Assembly (NCBI GenBank): GCA_030390025.1
Contig: CM059432.1
Span: 68,202,001-68,266,000, forward strand
Direction: 5' to 3'
From: Squalus acanthias
Taxonomy: Eukaryota
Length of the DNA: 64,000 bases
Shown: piece after piece, positions 1 through 12,754 of the stretch
How the letters are laid out: every line of letters starts with the position of its first letter
How positions within the stretch are numbered: the stretch's first letter is position 1
Program-made: the position numbers and the translations under genes
Notes under the pieces: model-generated
Told to the model about the DNA's origin: nothing
Database searches by the model: none
The model's input: only the letters and a program-made list of their open reading frames with translations

Positions 1-860
1 TAGATGGAAGCATAAAATTACAAAGGGATATCGACAGATTAAGTGAATGGGCAAAACTTTGGCAAATGGATTTCAATGTAGGCAAATGTGAGGTCATCCA
101 CTTTGGACCTAAAAAGGATAGAAGAGGATACTTTCTAAATGGTAAAAGGCTAAAAACAGTGGAGGTGCAAAGACTTGGGGGTCCAGGTACATAGATCATT
201 AAAATGTCATGGACATGTACAGAAAATAATCAAAAAGGCTAATGGAATACTGGCCTTTATATCTAGAGGACTAGAATACAAGGGGGTAGAAGTTATGCTG
301 CAGCTATACAAAGCCCTGGTTAGACCACACCTGGAGTACTGTGAGCAGTTCGGGGCACCACAACTTAGGAAGGATTGGCCTTGAAGCGTAGGTTTACCAG
401 AATGATACCCGGACTCCAAGGGTTAAGTTACGAGGAGATTTTACCCAAATTAGGGTTGTATTCCCTAGAATTTAGAAGGTTAAGGGGTGATCTGATCGAA
501 GTTTAAGATATTAAGAGGAACAGATAGGGTACAGAGAGAGAAACTATTTCCACTGGCTGGGGATTCTAGGACTAGGGGGCATAGTCTAAAATTTAGAGAC
601 AGACTTGTTTCAGGAGTGAAATTAGGAAACACTTCTACACACAAAGGGTGGCAGAAGTTTGGAACTCTCTCCTGCAAATGGCAACTGATGCTAGACCAAT
701 TGTTAATTTTAAATCAGAGATTGATAGCTTTGTGCTAACCAAAGGCATTAAGGGATATGGGCCAAAGGCGGGTATATGGAGTTAGGTCGCAGATCAACCA
801 TGAACTCATTGAATAGCGGAGCAGGCTCGAGGGGCTGAATGGCCTATTCCTATGTTCCTA
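1..860 (+). mobile_element. CR1 LINE 3' end (C-terminal ORF2 and 3' tail), degenerate
   Basis: ORF 175-384 has KKANGILAFISRGLEYK...LYKALVRPHLEYC, a CR1 ORF2 C-terminal motif. Ends in the tail GGGGCTGAATGGCCTATTCCTATGTTCCTA. Confidence 0.9.
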
Positions 861-1400
861 CTGCTCAGCGAATGCCCATGAAACTCTTACGCCTGGTAAA
901 AGCAGGGGTAGGGCCTTTACCAGTGTAAGAGTTTAAATAAATATTAAAATAATTTAATTATTTAACATAAAAAAACTTTTAAATTAGTTATAAGTTATTT
1001 TTAGCCCCTTTAAAATGTTTAAATTTATTTTTCAAAAAATTAAATGTTTTAAATGTTTAATTTAATTGTATTTTAATTAATTTTGAACATGTAATGATTT
1101 ATTTTTATTTAACTGGCGTGTAATTGTGATTTTATGGGGATTCCTGTTCATGATTATGGGGATTCCGTATGTAAATGGAATCCCCATAAGCATAATGGGG
1201 ATCCCCTTTCTGATTGGGTAGGCCAGGCCCACGTGATCCCAGGGGCACTTGCGATCCACGTGCACCCGTGATACGTGGGCCTTTACACAGGCGTACAGGT
1301 AGAGGCCCAGGAGCGCAAGTGTTCAAACCTCCGGGACCATAAGGTAAGTTCGTACTTTGGCATTCACCCGCGGGAAGCCTCCGACCGCGAATTCAAGCCC
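861..1400. mobile_element. Non-autonomous Harbinger-type MITE, left part interrupted by the CR1
   Basis: AT-rich core and GC-rich arm ending GAATTCAAGCCC; homologous in inverted orientation to 15151-15650. Confidence 0.6.
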
Positions 1401-1752
1401 AATATGATTAGGCAGAGTCAACATGGTTTTATGAAAGGGAAATTGTGTTTAACAAATGTTAGTATTTTTCAGGATGTAAATAGCAGGGTAGATAAAGGGG
1501 AACCAGTGGATGTAATATATTTGGATTTCCAAAAGGCATTTGATAAGGTGCCACTTAAAGGTTGCTATGCAAGATAAGGGCTCATGGGGTTGGGGATAAT
1601 ATATCAACATGGATAGAGGATTGGTTAACGGACAGATAACAGAGAGCAGGGATAAATGGGTCATTTTCCGGTTGGCAAGCTGTATCTGGTGCTGTAAGGA
1701 TCAGTGCTTGGGCCTCAGCCATTTACAATCTAGAATAATGACTTAGATGAAG
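1401..1752 (+). mobile_element. CR1 reverse transcriptase fragment
   Basis: Translates [13 protein letters not shown]...[16 protein letters not shown]. Confidence 0.9.
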
Positions 1753-3333
1753 CCTAGACCGAGCTATTGGGAGCAGCAGCGAGAGCGGACCTCAACAGGC
1801 AACATTCGAAAGTGACGTCAGAGATTAAAAGTGATGTCGACACAAGGGAAGGAGCTGATTGGTAGCTAGGACCTGGTGAGTATTTCTACGGTCCAGTCGT
1901 TAAAGTAAAAGTAGGGTCTCTAGTTTAGAGTAAGTAGTGTGTAAACTGAAGTAAGGTCCCTAGTGTATTTAATATTCTTTAATTTAAAGGAAGTAAAGGG
2001 AGTAAATTAAGGGTAGGACATGGCAGGGCATCTCGGCAGTGTGGCGTGCTGCTCCTGTGCCATGTGGGAAGTAAGGGACACTTTTTGGTGTGCAGGGCGA
2101 ACACGTGTGCAGGAAGTGACTCCAGCTGCAGCTACTCGAAATCCGCATTTCGGAGCTGAAGCTGCGGCTGATGTCAATGTGGAGCATCTGTGAGGCTGAG
2201 ATCTTCGTGGATAGCATGTTTAACGAGGTGGTCACACCGCAGGTAAAGAGTGCACAGGCAGACAGGGAATGGGTGACCGCCAGACAGAGTAAAAGAACTA
2301 GGAAGGTCGTGCAGGAGTCCCCTGGGTCCATCTCCCTCTCCAACAGATTTTCCGTTTTGGATACTGCTGGGGGAGATGGTTTCTCAGGGGAATGCAGCAA
2401 GAGCCAAGTCCATGGCACTACGAGTGGCTCAGCTGCACAGGAGGGGAGGAAAAAGAGTGGGAGAGCAATAGTGATAGGGGATTCTATCGTAAGGGGAACA
2501 GATAGACGTTTCTGTGGCCGCAGACGTGACTCCAGGATGGTATGTTGCCTCCCTGGTGCCAGGGTCAAGGATGTCACTGAGCGGCTGCAGGATATTCTGC
2601 AGGGGGAGGGTGAACAGCCAGAGGTCGTGGTCCATATCGGTACCAATTACATAGGTAGAAAGACGGACAAGGTCCTGCAAGCAGAATATAGGGAGCTAGG
2701 AAATAAATTAAAAAGCAGGACCTCAAAAGGTAGTAATCTCAGGATTACTCCCAGTGCCACGTGCTACCAAGAGCAGAAATAGGAGAATAGACCAGATGAA
2801 TGCGTGGCTGGAGATGGTGTAGGAGGGAGGGATTTAAATTCCTGAGGTATTGGGACCGATTCTCGGGAAGGTGGGACCTGTACAAGCTGGACGGGTTACA
2901 CCTCGGCAGAAACGGGACCAACATCCTCGCAGGGGGGTTTGTTAGTGCTGTTGGGAAGGATTTAAACTAGTTTGTCAGGGGGCTGAGAACCTAAGTGTGG
3001 GCCCAGAACAGAGAGAAACAAAGTTTGGAAGTGCAAGTTAGAAAAGTAGTCAGCAAAACTAGTAGGGAGCAGAAACAAAGGCCAACAGTAAAGAGGGTCA
3101 AAGTGCAGAAAAATATTAAACAGGCAAAGTTGAAGGCACTTTATCTAAATGCATGTAGCATTCGCAACAAGGTGGATGAATTAATGGCACGAATAGAAGT
3201 AAATGGGTATGATGTAATTGCCATTACAGAGACATGGTTGCAGGGTAACCAAAGCTGGGAACTGAATGTTCCAGGGTACTCAACATTTAGGAAGGACAGA
3301 CAAAAAGGAAAAGGAGGCGGTGTAGCGCTGTTA
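1753..3333 (+). mobile_element. CR1 5' region: 5'UTR, ORF1 (Zn-finger, coiled coil, SGNH esterase) and start of ORF2 APE endonuclease; disrupted
   Basis: ORF1 from about 2020 (MAGHLGSVACCSCAMWEV), with AIVIGDSIVRG, VVHIGTN and LDGLHL esterase motifs. ORF2 has LYLNACSIRNK...IAITETWL...GGGVAL. Confidence 0.9.
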
Positions 3334-3334
3334 A

Positions 3335-3590
3335 CACCACCACCTCCAAGTTCCCCTCCAAGTCGCACACCATCCTGACTTGGAAATAGATCGCCTGCCG
3401 TTCTTTCATCGTCGCTGGGTCAAAATCCTGGAACTCCCTCCCTAACAGCACTATGGGAGTACCTTTATCACACGGACTGCAGTGGTTCAAGGCGGCGGCT
3501 CACCACCACCTTCAAGGGCAACTAGGGATGGCAATAAATGCTGGCCTTGCCAGTGACGCCCACAACCCATGAATGAATAATGAAAAAAAT
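3335..3590 (+). mobile_element. 3' end of Zenon-like CR1-group LINE
   Basis: Matches the tails at 58130-58350 and 25800-26060 (FIVAGSKSWNSLP...GGGCAACTAGGGATGG...AATAAATGCTGGCC) and ends A-rich. Confidence 0.8.
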
Positions 3591-3813
3591 GACTACACAT
3601 TAAAAAGAACTACTTAATTGGCTGTTAAGCGCTCTGGAATGTCCTGAGGCTGTGGAAGACGCTATAAAAATGCAAGTCTTTCTTTCTTTTATGCCCACTA
3701 TGTTCTACCTCATCCAAAACTAGCTTAGAATTTCATAATTGAGAGATAAAATTAGGGAACATTTAGAAACATTTTAAAGCAAAGACAATCTGCACATATT
3801 TTTTAAACACAAG

Positions 3814-5808
3814 AGGGGAACAATTCGTCCCCTTAGCGCCTCCAGTTAGCACCAGTAGATGGCGCTAATGGGGCGCTAGACTAGCAGCACTGTGGCGAGG
3901 CGAATCCAACGCCGCACGCCAAGCCTCTTTTCCCCCCCCCCACCCCACCCCAATAGGGCTGCCGGTAAGAGGTATTGCTGGGAACGTCATCAGTTAGATC
4001 GGTGACGTCAGTAAGTGTGCAATGTTCACTGATCACCCGATTTGCAAAATTGACTCTCGCCACTTATGTCAGTGCATGGAGTAAAGACGGAGAGGGAGAG
4101 CTGATGTGAAGGACAAGGAAGCAAGGTCAAGGGACGTTATTTAAAGGGATAATTAGTAATTACTCGCAGCCGTCAGGTTAGTGCAGTTTCAGTGGTTTTC
4201 TGTTAGTTTCACCCACTGCAACAGTTTCATTCAGTAATTCCAAGGTTCTTTTGTATCAGGAGTCTTCTGGCAACTAAAAAGTAGCTACATTTGTTCTTCA
4301 AAGATTCAAACTGCTACACTTGGTAACATTAATGGGGGTTGTACTGGCACGCCACCTCGCCCTCCGGGATCTACGGCAGAGGGAGCGTAGCCAGCGAGAA
4401 ATATGGGAACATGTGCGCAGAGGAGGGAGGACGGGCCACCAGGGCTCTCAACAGGAGGCCTTACCCTCCAAGGGTATTCCGAGAGCACTTCTACCTTCAA
4501 TTAAGCGAAGAGCAGTGTATTAGAAGGCTTCGCTTCACCAAGGAGGTGGTCACAGAACTCTACTACCACCTGCAACCAGACCTCCAGCCTCAGACCTGGG
4601 TGACCATGGCTCTCCCAATGGCAGCCAAGGTCACCGTGGCCCTCAATTTCTTCGCCAGTGGATCCTTCCAGTCTGCAACAGGAGATATAGCTAACATCTC
4701 TCAGTTTGCTGTATCTGGGAGGTCACTGAGGCGCTCGACAGCAGAAGGGACTACATTGGCTTCCCGATCACGAGAGAAGCACAGGACGAGCGTGCATGTG
4801 GCTTTGCCAGGATAGCGGGCTTCCCCATGATGCAGGGCGCCATCGACTGCACCCACATGGCTTTGCGGGCACCGCATAACAATCCTGAGATCTTCCATAA
4901 CCGCAAAGGCTACCACTCAATGTGCAGTTGGCGTGCGACCACAGACAGCAAAATCTTAATGTTAATGCCCGCTATCCTGGCAGCAGCCTTCATCTTGCGC
5001 CAGACTCGTGTGCCAGCATTCTTCCAGCCACCACGTCAAGCTTGAGTGGCTGCTCGGAGACAAGGGCTATCCGCTCTCCACTTGGCTCATGACTTCTCTC
5101 CACAACCTCAACACTCATATAATGAGAGCTATGCTGCCACCAGGAACATCATCGAGCAGACCATCGGCTTATTGAAGCAACAGTTCCGCTGTCTTGAGCA
5201 CTCTGAAGGAGCCCTCCAGTACTCGCCAGAGCGGGTGTCCCATTTCGTGGTGGTCTGCTGTATGCTCCACATCTTGGCCATCATGAGGGCGCAGCCTTTG
5301 CCAGCAGGGTTTGCGAGACCACCTCAGGAGGAGGACGGGGCAGATGAGTTCGAGGAAGTAGAGGACGGGAGGAGGTATCGGCAAGACAATCGACCTTCTG
5401 GACGGGCTGTCCGTGACCGGCTCATCAGAGTCCGATTCACATGAATGAAACCCCAGACCTGTCATGAGCACACCTGGTTCAGTCCTCCAGCTCCTTCTGC
5501 TTGCTGAGGCAGCTGCACAGCCAGCAATGCTGAAAATGAGGTGCTGCAGCATCAATGAACCTCCCCTTTAAGTAGTAAAAAAGCCTGTGGCAATGATGAG
5601 TTGCGATTAGACTGCACACGATATTGGTCCACCCTTTAAGTCTAACGCCAATGAGCTTAGGTTTTAAGACCCGAGTTAGGACGCCAATCATCTTATTGAG
5701 CAGTGAGCACAAATTTTTCGTGCAGTCTAAAGTATTTGCACCTGCCGCTAATTCTCCAACTTTTCTACTGACACTGCCAATTCCTTGGCTATAATGAATT
5801 TCTAGCCC
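3814..5808 (+). mobile_element. PIF/Harbinger DNA transposon with frameshifted HARBI1-like DDE transposase (about 4332-5444)
   Basis: Transposase motifs RLRFTKEVV, ALNFFASGSFQ, QGAIDCTH, WLLGDKGYPL and RNIIEQTIGLLKQQFRCL. Imperfect TIRs (AGGGGAACAATTC / GAATTTCTAGCCC), with AAG on both flanks. Confidence 0.85.
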
Positions 5809-5810
5809 AA

Positions 5811-8800
5811 GGGGTGCTAAATTGAGCTGTTTATTTTAAGGCATTGCGCAGTCACCCAACGCTCAGAAATGGGGTCAGAGATACTTGCGCACACTTCAGA
5901 CGGAAAGCGCACAGGATGCCAGCTTATTAAAGCTACTTGCGCACGCACACTTAATGACGCAGCATGCAGATCATGGCGCGAATCAGTGTGCAACGCTGAT
6001 TTGATGCCAGCGCTACCATTTTCCAACTGCACTCAGGCCAACTCCATCTTAACCTCGCGCACGACATTAAACGGAATGAAGGAACTGCCAACAGGGCTAT
6101 TAAGGGATCACGAACTACTTACAGATTAATTGCTGGATTATTTCTTCTGGCTGCTGGTGCAATTGTACGTGTTTTTGGAGCTTTCTTATACTTGGCTAAA
6201 GTGTGAATAGTCTACAGGGAGTGGTCTGGCTGATGCTGAAGTACTTTATTGTTCATTTAACAGGTTGTGCTGAAACAAGTTACTTCCAGACATGGGTGGC
6301 CTGGTAGGGCATTCTCTGGGAATTGAACATGACTGGGAGAATGTAGAGGCCACACAGAGCAGGACAAGCTGCTAGAAGAGGGAGGGGGAGGAGGGCTCTC
6401 AGAAGGAGGCCATATCCACCAAGCATCTTTAGGGAGCAATTCTCTTACCTCAACTTCAGTGAGGACAAATGCTTGAGATGTCTTTGCTTCACAAAATAGA
6501 TCGGGACTGAAATTTGCCAACTGCAGCAGCCACAATTGCAACCTCAAAGCAAGGACAGCATTACCCGTGGCTCTCAAGGTGACCATGGCTCTTAACTTGT
6601 GTGTCTGGCTCCTTCCAGACTGCTGCTGGAGATATAAGCAACATTTCTCAGTTTGCAGTGCACTGTTGCATAAGGGAAGTCACTGAGGCTCTCTACACAC
6701 AAACAGTTTAATCTCATTCCCTCTTGCCAGGGACAAGCAGGCAGAGCAAGCACAAGGGTTTGCACGCTTCCCCATGGTGCAGGGTTCCATTCACTGCACA
6801 CACATTGTCTTGCGTGCATCTCATGAGAACGTAGCCATTTTCATAAACCGGAAGGGATTTCAATCCCTCAATGTGCAGCTGGTGTGCGACCACAAGGAAC
6901 GCTCGTGCAGGTGAATGGCAGCAGTCACGATTCCTTCATTCTGCGGCAGTCCTCTGTGCCATCTGTATTTGACCCACCACGGCAAGTCAAAGGCTGGCTA
7001 CTGGCGACGAGGGCTATCCACTCATCCTTCCCAACATCTATCAGACAAGAAGCAGGAGCACGCGGAAGAGGAGGAGGAGGAGGAAGAGTAAGGGAGGCTA
7101 CATCGTAGACAGCCCCTTTCTGCCTGAGCTCTACATGATAAAATAATTCATGATACCAGTAACCTCAACCACACCTCCCCATTCACCAACAATCCCACAC
7201 TCCTTACCTTTCTTCTATCACTGACCATCACACCATCCTCTTTCCAACAATACACAAATAAAAACCAGTAGAAAATACATTCCAATTCAATTTTATAAAA
7301 TCACTTTACATAATGCGTACAAAAATAAACTACTCACACTTGTGCATTCCCTTAGTGCCCATCTTCCATATCCCTTTGCCCATCCTAATGCTCCCACGAG
7401 GGGCTTCCCCAATGGCTGCAGCATGGGTGATGGAAGGCTGCTGACCTTCAACTGAGACGACTGCAGATGGCCTTGGAGGGCAACCTCGCGCAGCTCTGGG
7501 TCTAATGGGCCCGGCTTCAGACAGCAACATCTCGGCCTGGGATGCAGCAGTCTGGGCTGGCTGGCTAACAGGCAACAGCAAGAACACGGACAGAGTGGCA
7601 GGGGCGGGAGCAGGAATACGGTCATCCGGAGAGAGGACAGCAGGTTCATGCTCCATGGAGCCACTACCACTCTCCCGAGGTGGTGCCTCAGCAATTCTAC
7701 TGATCTGCTGGAGAACAGATTGATGGACTGCTGTGATGACCTGGAAACCACTTTGAATAGTAGTATCCAGAGCCATGATGGCAGCAGTCTGAGCTTGTAT
7801 GACAGCAGTCTAAACTTCCACTACAGCACTCAGACCTCTGATGGAAGCTTAGTTCTGCAATGGAAGCTGTGATTTGGCCACCAGACGCTGCATCATGGTG
7901 GGTTCCACAGGTGTGCTGATGGAGGTGACCACCCATTCCATGTTGGAAAGGATGGGCTCCAAGCTCTGCACAAAGCCCTGTGCCAAGTTGGTGCTGGACT
8001 CCTCCATGCTCGACATTGTGCACAGGCTTTCTAGTGCACCAAACATTTGGTTATGTACACCCATCAACTTTCTTCTGTAGCCTGGCCCATCGAAGTCCTC
8101 ATCTGACTCCTCTGCAGCAGAACTAGTGCACGACCACGCTATCCTTTGCCCCCCCGCCCTGGCTCCTGCGCACTTGTGCCCGGTGTCTCACCACAGATCC
8201 CTCCTCTATCCTAGCCTCTAAAATACATGCAGTGTCAGTCTCTGAACTGGTAGCTGCGAGTGCAAGATCAAGTGACGGTGTCTCTTCATCTTCACTGTCT
8301 TACTCCTCCTGAGTATCTTTGGTATCTGAAATGAAAAAGGGATAAGGGTTGGGCTGTTGGGAGGAGAGGAGAAAGTAAAAAGTGCATGGTTACACCAGTG
8401 TAGCTCGTGAGTCAGGAGAGATTGTGGGATGAGGCAGAAGTGGGAAGAAAGGAGGATTAGTTATAGATACCCTCATCATCGCTCGCTCCAGCCCCGCCCC
8501 TTCCCTTGATGGCCACCACTGTCTCCTCCATGGGGATTAAAATATGCAGGTGCACTTTTCCTCCCCAATTCTTCCCTGCTACCTCCCGCTATGTGCCAGC
8601 TTCTCCTGCAAGAAAGGAGGAAATGTGTCAGTGAGTGTTCAGCAATATGTTTGGGTGACGTGGCTGTTGAATTGCTGCCAGTGTATGTGAGCTGAGAGTG
8701 CAGGGCTTGCAATAGTGCCAAGTGTGTGAGGGTGAGGCAAAGCATATGAATTGAAGGGTTGAGAACTGATTGATAGAGATTGTTGGTAGGTGGGTGATGG

Positions 8801-9362
8801 TGTAGTGAATTGAGCAGTGGATGAGGCTAGTGATGCCATTGGTAGGATATGCCATTTGAAGATTAACTTACTCACCTTGACAATTCATGTCAGATCGTTA
8901 AAACCTCTTCCGTTAAACTGCATCCATGGTCTTGGAGCAACACGCCTCCGCCGCTACTTGCTCCCACTGCCACCTGAGCATACGTCTGGAGGGCCTCCCG
9001 CCTCCCTGCAGATAGAAGATACTCTCCTTCTCTTCCACCAAGACAGTCAGTGCATTGTCAGAAACCTTGGTGCTCACTCTTTTGAGGAATGGCTGAACAT
9101 GCAAAAGTATCACAGCCTAGATTCAATTCAAAAACACTCCCACCACTTCTTGCAGCCTCAATCCCCTTTGAGACGCAGGCGGTCTTTATGTAGAGCAAGC
9201 CACTCGCGATATCGGGCCCCCTGCTGATGAGTGCGGCCAATGAACAGCAAGGGGAGCACTGGCTGCATGCAGGCATCATTTTAAAACAGCATTGCAATGC
9301 ACAGGTTAATTGTGTACCACAATCCCTCACACCCGTTTTCGGGGGTTAGCCAATTTAACCCC
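5811..9362. mobile_element. Second PIF/Harbinger element: degenerate transposase (+, about 6290-7160) and convergent spliced Myb/SANT partner gene (-, about 7330-9110)
   Basis: Plus strand: RRRPYPP, FPMVQGSIHCTH, NRKGFQSLNVQLVCDH, GSSHDSFILRQS. Minus strand: KVSDNALTVLVEE...RPSRRMLRWQWEQVA with GTGAGT donor near 8870 and TTGCAG acceptor near 8606. Termini GGGGTGCTAAATTG / CAATTTAACCCC. Confidence 0.8.
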
Positions 9363-9399
9363 AAAGATTTGTTAATGCAAGTTTTGTTTAACAAATTTA

Positions 9400-10560
9400 G
9401 GAGTACTTTTTTTTAAATTGGATAGAATAAAGGGAATGAAGTAGGTGCAGTGTATGTGTATTTTCAGAAGGTGTCTTACATGAGACATGTTCGATAAATT
9501 CAGTCATATGGTTGAAGAGGAAATGTAGCAGCTTGGATAGAAAGTTATTTGATGCAAGGAAACAGAGTAAATAGACGTTGCTTGATCGGAGAAAGGTTGG
9601 ATGTTCTCGGTATGTAGATAAATTGTATATGAGCATTGGGTGGACAATCTTAAAATTTCCCATTAACACAAAAGTAGGGGGTTTGTGAAACAGCAAGGAT
9701 GATTGTAAAAGACTACAGGAAAATTTAGGCTTGCAAAAAAAGTTAGCAGAATGGGCAGACAGGTACCAGATGCAATTTAATGTGGATAAGTGACAATTCA
9801 TTTTGGGAGGAAAAGGAATGGAATGGGAGTATAGATAAGGAGAGAGAGTTTAGAGCAAAAATTTGTTTTAAGAGGCATATGATAAAGGGGAAAATACAGA
9901 AGAAAAATAATGAGAAATATTAGTATAGAATGGTAGCAAAAAGGAAGCAAGTATGAAAGATGATTGGTGGTCAATATAAAGGTAAATAGAAAGGGCTTTT
10001 ATAAGCACAGAAGAGAAAGGATAGTTAAAAGAGAAGGTACCATTTAGAGACAGAGTACTGTACTTGGGAGTAAGGAAATGGCATAGATGTTTAATAAATA
10101 TTCTGTCTCAATTGTTTCCAGAGAAAAGGTGAAACTGAGACTGTAGGAGTACCCAAGAAGAAAATGGAAAAAGCCACCATTGGAGATCAATTTCAAACAG
10201 ACTGTACTAAAGAAACTTAATAGGACTAAAAGTATGCATTCAAGAATACTGAAAGAGACTGGAGAAGAAACAGCAGAGGCACTAACCAGAATTTTCAACA
10301 AAAAAAATTGGAAAGAGGAATTGTGCCAAGCACTAGAGAGTGGCATATGTTCAAGAAAGGAGAAAGTGATATGCCAGAAAATTGCAGACCAATTAGTCTT
10401 ACCTTGATTATAGGTAAGCTTCTAAAGTCCATAATTTGGGCTAATCAGGAATGGTCAGCATGGATTTGTGAATGGTACTATGTTCAAATAATCAAATTTA
10501 TTCTTGAGGAAATCAATGCATATCAAAGAAAACAATGGATGTTGTATATATGGAGTTTTT
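9400..10560 (+). mobile_element. Highly degenerate CR1 ORF2 fragments
   Basis: Remnants such as FKKGESDMPENCRPISLTLIIGKLL and a WQMQFN-like stretch; many stops. Confidence 0.6.
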
Positions 10561-11250
10561 GAACTGCAGTCCCTATTGTAATATAGGAAACACGGCAGCC
10601 AATTTGTACACAGCAAGGTCTCTCAAACAGCAATGTGATGATGACCAAATAATCTGTTTTAGTGATGTTGGTTGAGGGATGCTGAAGAATATATATTTGC
10701 TTTTGCAGTTTTTCTATGAACCATTTAGTCCAATGGTTAATGCAAGCATTATGGGTAGGATAAAGCATAGCAACATGGGTAAAGTTAGTTAGCCTAAGAA
10801 AGCAGTGTGCACTCCTGCACGTAGCCTTTCTGAAGCCTGTAACCTCAGGATAATACATCTTGAGCAAAGCAGACAGAAAGGAGAAATTTATTATAAATAG
10901 GAAAGTATTTCGGCAGAGACATGTGTAATGGAAGGTGGTTGACCACTGTCTAGAAAAGATAATTTTGGCAATGGAACAGGATCTGATAAAGATGAGGCCC
11001 CTATGGTTGCGCATGTTCAGCAATCGGTTTGATGACCTAAAAGTCATATGACCCAAGGGTCACAAGCTAAAACTTGATGACGCAAGTGACATGATAGAAT
11101 TTTAAAAGTTATAAATACATGGGCAATGAAATGACGATAAAGAGGAAAAAAGTAGACTTGCTATTTGTTACTTCGGGAGTATGGGAGACAGCATCCAAAC
11201 CAGAGTGTTCCACGCATGCAAAGCTGTAGTCAACTACTTAATTTCGGCTT

Positions 11251-11961
11251 TGTAAGAATACATAATTTACCTGTAAAAGATGCTGCAATTTGACCAAACT
11301 TAAAAGCTGACCAAATTTAATGTACCAGCATTCCCCGAGAGGCCAACAGACTTTCTGCTACACAACTGTAAAATAAACTGCTGCGACTTTGAACTGTGAA
11401 GGCTGCAAGCTGTTAATCAGATAAGGAAGCGACAGACCCTGAGCAGGAACAAACTGTTGGGCGTTACAAAGACAGGAATATCTTCAGGCAAATGGGGTGA
11501 ATGGCCTTGGAGCCCACTGATTAACTGACCACTGATGAGAAGTGAAAAACAACTACTGACCATTTGTCACACAGTTTGGGACACATACGCATTGAGGGGC
11601 CTGCCCAGGTTTTTAGGGTATAAGATGCTGTTTTAAGACACTCGGGACAACTTGGTCAGGTGCCAGATAAAGTCGTACGTCTAGTCATTACCGAACCGAC
11701 CACTCGCTGGTGTTAGTATGTATGTGGTGTTTGCTTATGATCACTTGAGTTTAAAGTAAAGGAATAGATCTGTGTATGCTTAAGTATAATTGGGAATTGT
11801 TATACGCAACAGTACTATTAGATGCTTACTGGCAATCACTTGCTGATTTTAAAGTAAAAGAAAGCTTTTCCCCGAAATCCTTGGGTTTTGTGTTGTCTGT
11901 TCCACGGGTCTGAACTCTATAAACTGTTGACGGGGCGAGGGGTAATGCCACATGTCTTACA
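11251..11961 (+). mobile_element. Solo LTR, 711 bp
   Basis: TGTAAGA...TCTTACA terminal inverted repeat and 4-bp target-site duplication GCTT (11247-11250, 11962-11965). TATA-like TATAAG near 11619 suggests orientation. Confidence 0.8.
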
Positions 11962-12414
11962 GCTTGTATTAGAATAGGCCTGATAGACTTTTGTTAACTG
12001 TCTATTAATGTTGTGCTCATGGACTTTGACTTATAAAGTAATGTTGAATTGATGTCTCGTAGGTTAATTAGAACCTAAACTTAACAAGGGATGAGTATTG
12101 GATCTTCCTTTAGGAATTGAACCAAGAGCTTTGCAGTCAAATAAAGGGGTACATGTCTGCAAAACATGTACAGACACACATGTTATGGGTGACTTCAATT
12201 TTGCTGCAAGAGGATGTGGTAAGATCCAGTCACAGAGGATATCATTTGTGACTTTGGTTATGGACGTTTCGGTGTTGTGGGTGGGAAACAGTGCTGAAAT
12301 TGATCGATGGATAGAAAGGCTTGAAAACTTGAAGTTTTTTTTTAATAAAAGGACAGGCGACCGGAAGCTCAGTCACGCTTGCAAGCTGAACGGAGATGCT
12401 CCGCAAAGCGATCA

Positions 12415-12675
12415 CACAGATTGTGTCATTTATTCTCTCCTGCCTTCCACCCGATCACAGACATTTTCCTTGTTCTTTCATCCCCGCCCCCTAGTTCCCT
12501 GCCTCTGTACTTGCTTAAAACTTGTTACATTTCTAATCTTTCCACTTTTGATGAAAGGTCATCGACCTGAAACATTAACTTTGTTTCTCTCTCCACATAT
12601 GCTGCCTGACCTACTGAGTATTTCCAGCATTCTCTGTTTTTATTTCAGATTTCCAGCAGCTGCAGTATTTTGCTG
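12415..12675 (+). mobile_element. Penelope-like element terminal repeat with degenerate hammerhead-ribozyme motif
   Basis: TTGATGA-A-AGGTC-ATC-GACCT-GAAA at 12548-12572, followed by a GCTGCCTGACC...TTTCCAGCATT tail. Related fragments at about 14760-14815 (-) and 18828-18945. Confidence 0.6.
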
Positions 12676-12754
12676 GTCATAGCGAGAGGTAAGTTGTTGA
12701 GCACAGCAGTATTATTTTTGCTGGGATAAGGGTAGGCATTTATGTAGAGACATG

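Noticed and set aside
1984..2646. 220-aa minus-strand ORF
   Set aside because: Antisense shadow of CR1 ORF1.
11172..11223. Candidate for the short alternative ATP6V1H exon that follows ...QLSSQ in mammals
   Set aside because: The AG-GT-bounded segment is 52 nt, so it would shift the frame. It has a weak pyrimidine tract and no similarity to KLRGSGVAVETGTVSSSD.
10523..12682. 177-aa and 194-aa ORFs (10523-11056, 12098-12682)
   Set aside because: They run through SINE and Penelope-like repeat remnants and have no protein motifs or splice support.
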